In this document: positions 63,030 through 64,000 of the stretch, piece after piece
Position numbering within the stretch: the first letter of the stretch is position 1
How the letters are laid out: the number at the start of each line of letters is the position of its first letter
Assembly: GCF_902713615.1 (NCBI RefSeq)
Contig: NC_052154.1
Span: 111,172,817 to 111,236,816, forward strand
Length of the DNA: 64,000 nt
Direction: 5' to 3'
Source of the DNA: Scyliorhinus canicula
Taxonomy: Eukaryota
Translations under genes and position numbers: made by a program
Notes under the pieces: generated by a model
What the model was told of the DNA's origin: nothing
What the model saw: only the letters and a program-made list of their open reading frames with translations
Databases searched by the model: none

Positions 63030-63552
63030 GGAATAAAAACAGAAAATGCTGAAAAACTCTCAGCAGGCCTGGCGGCATCTGTGAAGAGATAGACAGAGTT
63101 AATATTTCAGGTCAACTGAAGAAAGGTCACCGACCTGAAACATTGGGCAGCACGGTAGCACAAGTGGATAGCACTGTGGCTTCACAGAGGCAGGGTCCCA
63201 GGTTCGATTCCTTGCTGGGTCACTGTCTGTGCGGAGTCTGCACGTTCTCCCCGTGGCTGCGTGGGTTTCCTCTGTGTCCTCCGGTTTCCTCCCACAGTCC
63301 AAAGACGTGCAAGTGAGGTGGATTGGCCATGCTAAATTGCCCTTAGTGAGCATAAAGGTGAGGCGGGGTTATTGGGTTATGGGGATAGAGTGGAAGTGAG
63401 GGCTTAAGTAGGTAGGTGCAGACTCGATGTGCCGAATGGCCTCCTTCTGCACTGTATGTTCTATGTTCTATTAACCCTGTTTCTCCCTCCACTGGGATCT
63501 TCACAGATGCTGAGAATTCTGAACTTCCATTGTTTTTTATTTCATATTTCCA
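63030..63552. mobile_element. Penelope-like family A inverted element with hammerhead core, split by HE1 SINE
   Basis: Left arm aaaacagaaaatgctg…cagagttaatatttcaggtc; CTGAAGA-AAGGTCaccGACCT-GAAA at 63116-63140; right arm resumes ttaaccctgtttctc at 63471. Confidence 0.75.
63145..63470 (+). mobile_element. HE1 SINE, long subtype
   Basis: gggcagcacggtagc…ctgcactgtatgttctatgttcta. Confidence 0.95.
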
Positions 63553-63574
63553 GGACCTATATTATTTTGTTTTT

Positions 63575-63925
63575 AACAATCATGGGTATGACTCCTACTC
63601 CTGAAAATTGAACATATAATCTAAGATGATACTTCAGTGTAGCACTAAAAGAGTGCTGTACTGAAAGTGTGCTCTTGCAGGTCAGATGTTGGTCATAAAA
63701 GATCCCAAGAGCAGGAAGTACTCCCAGTCTCCTGGTGCATATTTATCCCTCAGCCAGCATCACTAAAAGGGAATATCTGGTCATTTTTGCATTGCTGTCT
63801 GTGGGAACTTTGCTGTGCATGAACTTTGTAAAAACTGGCTTCCACCTTCCTTCTTTACAAATTGACTAGGTTTTAAATGTACATTATTGATTGTTAAGCA
63901 CTCTGAATGTCTTTCAATCATAAAA
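63575..63925 (+). mobile_element. Old Deu-domain SINE (AmnSINE/SacSINE-like) remnant
   Basis: aaagatccca…atatttatccctcagccagcatcactaaaa…tatctggtcatt…cattgctgtctgtggga..ttgctgtgc matches the Deu domain as recalled. Confidence 0.7.
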
Positions 63926-64000
63926 ATCACTTTCTTTCACCATAGATTTGCATTCAGGGGAAACATCATGCATTGGGGATAGCCTTGGCGAATATTGGGC

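Overview
Eukaryotic, repeat-dominated vertebrate DNA. The HE1-type tRNA-derived SINEs, CR1/HER1-like tails, Deu-SINE remnants and GC-rich fish-type L1s point to a cartilaginous fish (shark). No host protein-coding exon, RNA gene or CRISPR array can be supported, and every recognisable ORF comes from a transposon. Contents: one full-length L1-clade LINE with TSD (16722-22337, -), two older long L1s (38508-43912 and ~54415-60700, -) and several truncated L1s. There is a complete but dead Gypsy LTR retrotransposon with PBS, PPT and 5-bp TSD (47103-52875, -), and an older + strand Gypsy broken up by nested insertions (~36330-46300). Also present are four TSD-bounded solo LTRs, CR1/L2 fragments, about 14 HE1-type SINEs, a hAT MITE with a perfect 8-bp TSD and two CpG-rich Harbinger-like MITEs. 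The most notable observations are: (i) three different inverted-repeat mini-element families whose arms carry minimal type-I hammerhead ribozyme cores (Penelope-like termini); (ii) two unrelated solo LTRs inserted at nearly the same position of the same SINE subtype; (iii) one SINE head with alternative CR1-type versus poly(A)/long-TSD (L1-type) tails; (iv) a hAT MITE carrying a SINE tail; (v) a compensatory change in an LTR-terminal hairpin. Family names are from recognition by eye, not database searches, and the boundaries of old elements are approximate.
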